NCBI GenBank assembly: GCA_002269645.1
Contig: NIVC01000399.1
Coordinates: 1 to 64,000 of the forward strand
Reading direction: 5' to 3'
DNA from: Macrostomum lignano
Lineage: Eukaryota
Length of the DNA stretch: 64,000 bases
Position 1 is the first letter of the stretch; every line of letters begins with the position of its first letter. Both the position numbers and the translations under genes were made by a program. The notes under the pieces are model-generated. The model ran no database searches. It was given only the letters and a program-made list of their open reading frames with translations, and had not been told where the DNA came from. Shown one piece after another: positions 36,701 to 64,000 of the stretch.

Positions 36701-38365
36701 TCTATCCTGTTAGAGTCTATTCTATCCTGGTAGAGTCTATTCTATCCTGGTTGAATCTATTCTATCCTGCTAGAGTCTATTCTATCCTGGTAGAATCTAT
36801 TCTATTCTGTTAGAGTCTATTCTATCCTGGTAGATTGTTCTATCCTGGTAGAATCTATTCTATCCTGTTAGAGTCTATTCTATCCTGGTAGAATCTTGTA
36901 TCCTGGTAGAGTCTATTCTATCCTGTTAGAGTCTATTCTATCCTGGTAGAGTCTATTCTATCCTGGTAGAGTCTATTCTATCCTGGTAGAATCTATTCTA
37001 TCCTGTTAGAGTCTATTCTATCCTGGTAGAGTCTATTCTATCCTGATAGAGTCTATTCTATCCTGTTAGAGTCTATTCTATCCTGGTAGAGTCTATTCTA
37101 TCCTGGTAGAATTTATTCTATTCTGGTAGAGTCTATTCTATCCTGGTAGAATCTATTCTATCCTGGTAGAATCTATTCTATCCTGGTAGAGTCTATTCTA
37201 TCCTGGTAGAGTCTATTCTATCCTGGTAGAGTCTATTCTATCCTGTTAAAGTCTATTCTATCCTGGTAGAATCTATTCTATCCTGTTAAAGTCTATTCTA
37301 TCCTGCTAGAGTCTATTCTATCCTGGTAGAATCTATTCTATCCTGTTAGAGTCTATTCTATCCTGGTAGAATCTATTCTATCCTGGTTGAATCTATTCTA
37401 TTCTGTTAGAGTCTATTCTATCCTGGTAGAATCTATTCTATCCTGTTAGAGTCTATTCTATCCTGTTAGAGTCTATTCTATCCTGGTAGAATCTATTCTA
37501 TCCTGTTAGAGTCTATTCTATCCTGGTAGAGTCTATTCTATCCTGGTTGAGTCTATTCTATCCTGGTAGAATCTATTCTATTCTGGTAGAGTCTATTCTA
37601 TCCTGGTTGAATCTATTCTATCCTGTTAGAGTCTATTCTATCCTGGTAGAGTCTATTCTATCCTGGTAGAATCTATTCTATCCTGGTAGAGTCTATTCTA
37701 TCCTGTTAGAGTCTATTCTATCCTGGTAGAATCTATTCTATCCTGCTAGAGTCTATTCTGTCCTGGTAGAGTATTCTATCCTGGTAGAATCTATTCTATC
37801 CTGGTAGAGTCTATTCTATCCTGGTAGAGTCTTGTATCCTGGTAGAGTATTCTATCCTGGTAGAATCTATTCTATCCTGGTAGAGTCTATTCTATCCTGG
37901 TAGAATCTTGTATCCTGGTAGAGTATTCTATCCTGGTAGAATCTATTCTATCCTGGTAGAGTCTATTCTATCCTGGTAGAATCTTGTATCCTGGTAGAGT
38001 ATTCTATCCTGGTAGAATCTATTCTATCCTGGTAGAGTCTATTCTATCCTGCTAGAGTCTATTCTATCCTGGTAGAATCTATTCTATCCTGGTAGAGTCT
38101 ATTCTATCCTGTTAGAGTCTATTCTATCCTGGTAGAATCTATTCTATCCTGCTAGAGTCTATTCTATCCTGGTAGAGTATTCTATCCTGGTAGAATCTAT
38201 TCTATCCTGGTAGAGTCTATTCTATCCTGGTAGAGTCTATTCTATCCTGGTAGAGTCTATTCTATCCTGTTAGAGTCTATTCTATCCTGGTAGAATCTAT
38301 TCTATCCTGGTAGAGTCTATTCTATCCTGGTAGAGTCTAATTTATCTTGGTAGAATCTATTCTAT
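33745..38365. repeat. 20-bp minisatellite (TCTATTCTATCCTGGTAGAG), about 4.6 kb, with a 954-bp higher-order duplication
   Basis: Identical variant strings at offset 954 (34335/35289; gattgttc at 34577/35531). Confidence 0.98.
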
Positions 38366-38944
38366 CATTTTTAAATCTATTCTTGTCTAGTAGAGGATAC
38401 GAGCATATTATATCTTGGTAAGCTATGGTATAGCACATTCTATCTTGTACAATTCGCTAATAGAGTGCAGGAAATGCATGTACATGTAGCAGTATAAAAT
38501 TAGACAGAATGGAGCAGATTAGTGAAAAATAGATTTGTGCAGCCTGTTGCAGTCGTTGAGTAGCATAGCAATTCCTTCTTGCAAAATGCGCGGATTCGTT
38601 CCATCCCAGCTGCCAACTGCACGGCATGATGATCGGATGAAGGAAGCTGGAATGAGCTTAACGAATGCGTAGAAATGGTTTAAGGAAAGATTTAGATATT
38701 TTTTTCACATATTAATTTCTGCTAAGTAGCCCTTGCATCGTGCATCCCTTCCTCCACCGAAGACAGAAAGTCTTGTGAGTCGTGGAAACAAAGCACTTTG
38801 ATAAAAATGTGGAAGATTATTCATCTTCTTTGGTTATTAGCTGCGCGAGGATTGTGAATGGTTGCATGGGGATGTGATGGTTAACACAAGGGTGCGATCG
38901 GGTATGGAGGGTGTGGAGACGAAATGGAGAGCGTGCCTACGAGA

Positions 38945-39345
38945 AGGAAGGGTGTGAACACGAAACTGAAGGGTGTGAACACGAAACTGGAGGGTGTGAA
39001 CACGAAACTGAAGGGTGTGAACACGAAACTGGAGGGTGTGAATGCATAAACGAGGGTGTGAACACGAAACTGAAGGGTGTGAATACATAAACGGAGGGTG
39101 TTAGTGCTAAAATTGAAGGCGTGAATAAGAAAATGGAGAATGTGAATACGAGAATGGGGTGTGAATGTGAGAATGGAGAGCGTGAATATCGGAGGGTGTG
39201 AACAAGAAACTGGAGGGTGTGAACACGAAACTGGAGGGTGTGAATACATAAACGGAGGGTGTTAGTGCAAAAATTGAAGGCGTGAATAAGAAAATGGAGG
39301 ATGTGAATACGAGAATGGGGTGTGAATGTGAGAATGGAGAGCGTG
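38945..39345. repeat. 21-bp repeat (GAAGGGTGTGAACACGAAACT) with a larger internal duplication
   Basis: Seen directly. Confidence 0.85.
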
Positions 39346-39589
39346 AATATCGAGAATGAAGTTGGAGTGAATACGAGAATCGATAAGGATGGAGGTAGTG
39401 AATATAAGGATGGAGGTTTTGAATGAGGTGAATGATCCTGAGGTGAAAAAAGTGCGTAGGCGTGGATCAAACAAGGAAATTGTTTGCATAGTGCATGCAT
39501 AATAAATAACTTTGCACTAATCGGCATTGACGAATTCAATCTACAAATTGAAAAATAATTTAGCCTGTGCTCTGCTTTAAGGCTTCACT

Positions 39590-39730
39590 TCTCATTGGCC
39601 AAGGAAGCGCAATTTCAATTCCTGGACTAGTAATACTAGTACTCCCAACTGAAATCCCCCATTGGTTGGGGAGAATACTCCCCGCCCACCCGTTTGCCCT
39701 TGCCAACCTCCCTGTTATAAAAAGGATCGT
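39590..39730 (+). promoter_or_regulatory. Possible TRPC core promoter (two reverse CCAAT boxes, GC box, TATA-like TTATAAAA)
   Basis: attgg at about 39595 and 39661, ccccgccc at about 39680, ttataaaa at about 39716; motif matches only. Confidence 0.3.
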
Positions 39731-39832
39731 GCTGTAGGCAGGCAGCGAAAAGACAATTTTAATCGAATTAAAAAATTCGATTTCAACCTTGTCGCGTTTA
39801 ATTAATTGTTTAAAATCGTTTTATTTTGTCAG

Positions 39833-39877
39833 GATTTTTTACGAGCTAGCAACACACAGGGGATTGATTGAAAAAAG
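39833..39877 (+). other. Putative 5' UTR exon of the TRPC gene
   Basis: ttattttgtcag| acceptor and AAG|gtaagg donor; contains an in-frame TGA relative to the ATG at 41118, so non-coding. Confidence 0.45.
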
Positions 39878-40304
39878 GTAAGGCTTCTTACTCGTACTAG
39901 CTGCCCCTAACATGAGCATCCCATTGTATGATAGATCTGTCCCTGTGTTTATACAAGTGATTCATAGCTCCTGCTTCTATAGTAGTGCCTGTAAGTTTTA
40001 TACTGAATCGTGTTTGCGTGTTGTCTTAGTGTTTAACTATCGTGACTGAGCACCTGATTTTTGAGCTTGAGTTGGGGACAGGAAGGAAAGGGAGAAGAGG
40101 TAGGGAAGGGATATCATAGTCATATAGTGTTGTGAGAATTCTTTCTTATGGGCCTGGAAAAATCCCGCTAGAAATCCTACACTTTCAAAGCTGTCATGAC
40201 GGGGTTCGAATTTTGTTTAGTTTGTCGCTCCCAGTTGCTACACAGGCCCGCCTTGATGTCCTGCCGTTTAACCTCTGTGCTTGCTTTTCACACTACCGAG
40301 TCTC

Positions 40305-41010
40305 CTGTTACACTGCTGTCACCGTCACTCCTGTCACCCTGCTGTCACCGTCACTCCTGTCACCCTGCTGTCACCGTCACTCCTGTCACCCTGCTGTCAC
40401 TGTCACTCCTGTCACACTGCTGTCACCGTCACTCCTGTCACTCTGCTGTCACCGTCACGACTGTCACCCTGCTGTCACCGTCACTCCTGTCACCCTGCTG
40501 TCACCGTCACTCCTGTCACCCTGCTGTCACCGTCACTCCTGTCACCCTGCTGTCACCGTCACTCCTGTCACCCTGCTGTCACCGTCACTCCTGTCACCCT
40601 GCTGTCACTGTCACTCCTGTCACACTGCTGTCACCGTCACTCCTGTCACTCTGCTGTCACCGTCACGACTGTCACCCTGCTGTCACCGTCACTCCTGTCA
40701 CCCTGCTGTCACCGTCACTCCTGTCACCCTGCTGTCACTGTCACTCCTGTCACACTGCTGTCACCGTCACTCCTGTCACTCTGCTGTCACCGTCACGACT
40801 GTCACCCTGCTGTCACCGTCACGACTGTCACACTGCTGTCACTGTCACTCTTGTCACAATTCTGTCACTGTCACTCATGTCACAATGATGTCGCGTCATT
40901 CTTGTCACAATGCTGTCACTGTCACTCCTGTCACCTTGCTGTCACTGTCACTCTTGTCACACAGCTGTCACCGTCACACAGCTGTCAAACTGCTGTCACC
41001 ATCACTGTCA
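40305..41010. repeat. 26-bp minisatellite (CTGTCACCGTCACTCCTGTCACCCTG)
   Basis: Seen directly. Confidence 0.95.
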
Positions 41011-41117
41011 CTCTCACCAGAATTACCGTAATTTTTTTGTCCCACATTGACAAAATCTCCCACTCCCCATCACAAAATCTCATTCTTTAGCAGCGATCCA
41101 GAATCCCGACCGTTCGA

Positions 41118-62347
<21,230 letters not shown>

Positions 62348-62379
62348 GTGAGTTCATAATGGAAGGCTTTTGTTTACAA

Positions 62380-62532
62380 GGTACAAGGTACGAGGTACAA
62401 GGTACAAGGTACGAGGTACAAGGTACAAGGTACAAGGTACAAGGTACAAGGTACAAGGTACAAGGTACAAGGTACAAGGTACAAGGTACAAGGTACAAGG
62501 TACAAGGTACAAGGTACAAGGTACAAGGTACG
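62380..62532. repeat. 7-bp repeat (GGTACAA)n
   Basis: Starts about 30 nt after the TRPC donor at 62347. Confidence 0.95.
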
Positions 62533-62845
62533 AGCTACAATCAAACTTTGAAACAAATTTTTTATTTACTAGATTTATTGACAACAATTAACTTAGGCAG
62601 CATTTATAACAAATAAATATTTATCATAAACATTTTTGAAGCTTTGAGCATAGAGTTAACAATTTTCGGCACATATATACGGATAATTGAAGTGCATTTT
62701 GTAAAATGCAAAACTCACCAAACTGAGGTTAGTTTTGCTGATGTTTTCTAGATAGAAGAGCATTGATCAATTTATCAATACACGAAATCTGAGATTTGAC
62801 AGATTAAACAGTCTGTAGTCATGAGAACTCAAAGGAATTTGGGTG

Positions 62846-63774
62846 CTACTCTTTGGCAGCAGCTTTGCGACTGTAACTCTTCGACTGAGGCATCCTTTGA
62901 ATGTCTTCGCTCTGTCTGGACTGCAGCGGCCGCGGCGGCGGGGGCGGCGGCGGCGTCTCGCTGGGGTCACCAGCTGGCGGCTCCTGAGGGTCCTCGTACA
63001 CCCCAGAGTCGGTCCTGTTATTAGCAGGCACCGCCGAGGTGGATACAATAGTTGACAAATTGGTCACCTGGGAGGTGAGAGTGTTGTACGAGGCTGGATT
63101 GAAGTAGCCCAGATTCTGGTGCTGCAGCTGGTAGTGATTCTGCTGACGTCTGAGGTTCAGCACGGTGCTGTCTGCGTCCACGGATGACACTGAAGCGTCT
63201 TGAGACACCAGGCGGCTGATGATAAGGGCGTTGCTGAAATTTAAATTGCGATCCATGTAGCTACATGTGCGCATCCGCTGCAGAGGGGGCGCCAGCTACA
63301 GAGGGGGCGCCAGCTACAGAGGGGCGCCAGCTGCAGAGGGGCGCCAGCTGCAGAGGGGCGCCAGCTACAGAGGGGGCGCCAGCTACAGAGGGGGCGCCAG
63401 CTACAGAGGGGCGCCAGCTGCAGAGGGGCGCCAGCTGCAGAGGGGCGCCAGCTACAGAGGGGGCGCCAGCTACAGAGGCGCTTCGCTCTCACCTCTCCGA
63501 CGCTTTGCACATCTTGATGGCCACCAGAGCAATGACAGCCAATATGAAAATGCTGGTCATTGAGGAGGCCATCACGGCTATGAAAAGAACGCTGGTCTGA
63601 AGCGAAAATTTTTTTTAACGTTGAACTGTTGCGACTGACTTCAGCGAATTTACACAAATCTTCAACTCACAGCTTCATCTCTGTTTCGATTGTCGGAATT
63701 GCCATTGCTTGATCCCGCGCCTCCGGGTCCGCTGGTTGGGAATGCCGGTTTCGTGGCCAGCTGGGCTGAGCAGT
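62846..63774 (-). CDS. 3' part of an unidentified type I membrane protein; exons 63774-63671, 63596-63493, 63233-62846 (5' exons beyond the window)
   Basis: Canonical sites tttccgcag|..|gtgagt, ttcgcttcag|..|gtgaga and atttcag|, phases 1,0,2 consistent. Translation xCSAQLATKP...DEA|TSVLFIAVMASSMTSIFILAVIALVAIKMCKASE|SNALI...YFNPASY...DSGVYEDP...PPPPPPP...KE*: one TM helix, then a low-complexity tail. Confidence 0.75.
63280..63480. repeat. 17/18-bp repeat (CAGAGGGGGCGCCAGCTA) filling an intron of the minus-strand gene
   Basis: Seen directly. Confidence 0.93.
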
Positions 63775-63822
63775 CTGCGGAAATATGAAAATTTCTACGT
63801 ATGAACTACTCGTTATTCTACT

Positions 63823-63979
63823 TAGGAGTCGACAACCTCCGGCCCGCGAAGCCTCTCTATCGCGCCCTTGGGTCTTTCATCTACTTTCCTTTCTCCCCTT
63901 CTTTCTCCCCTCTCTAGTCCGCAGTCATGTGCTAGATTCTACATCTAGCCCTTAAATTAAAAAAGCTTGCCAACCCCTG
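63823..63979. mobile_element. hAT (Charlie-like) MITE
   Basis: Left TAGGAGTCGACAACCTCCGGCCCGCG, right end reverse complement CAGGGGTTGGCAAGC, typical of Charlie-type termini; flanks ATTCTACT / ATTTAACT (6/8 match) resemble a decayed 8-bp TSD. Confidence 0.55.
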
Positions 63980-64000
63980 ATTTAACTGATTCTACCCCTC

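Overview
Eukaryotic (metazoan, invertebrate) genomic DNA with spliceosomal introns; no prokaryotic features, CRISPR or rRNA. The GC-rich, poly-Ala/poly-Gln coding exons set in introns filled with minisatellites resemble free-living flatworm (Macrostomum-like) DNA, but that attribution is inference only. Genes reconstructed by hand from homology plus GT-AG phase consistency: (1) AP-2 transcription factor, + strand, 6 exons, 1341-14941, 498 aa; (2) intronless UBE2D-type E2 enzyme, - strand, 17877-18320; (3) two-exon CD225/dispanin membrane protein, + strand, 24438-26090; (4) short orphan ORF with a GWNDPP motif, - strand; (5) Bcl-G/BCL2L14-like exon, + strand, 30538-32027, interrupted by one in-frame TGA at 31419; (6) TRPC channel, + strand, 41118 to at least 62347, whose S6/TRP-box exons are not in the window; (7) the 3' end of a type I membrane protein gene, - strand, 62846-63774, apparently nested in a TRPC intron. 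Mobile elements: a Tc1/mariner-type deletion derivative, a tRNA-derived SINE with a 12-bp TSD plus a diverged second copy, a solo LTR inserted in a (TATC)n tract, and a hAT-like MITE. Roughly 30 distinct tandem-repeat arrays cover a large part of the window and explain most of the long ORFs in the ORF track. Best leads: the in-frame TGA in the Bcl-G-like gene, the nested antisense gene, A/C-rich splice acceptors lacking a polypyrimidine tract, and a CTCF-core-like minisatellite.
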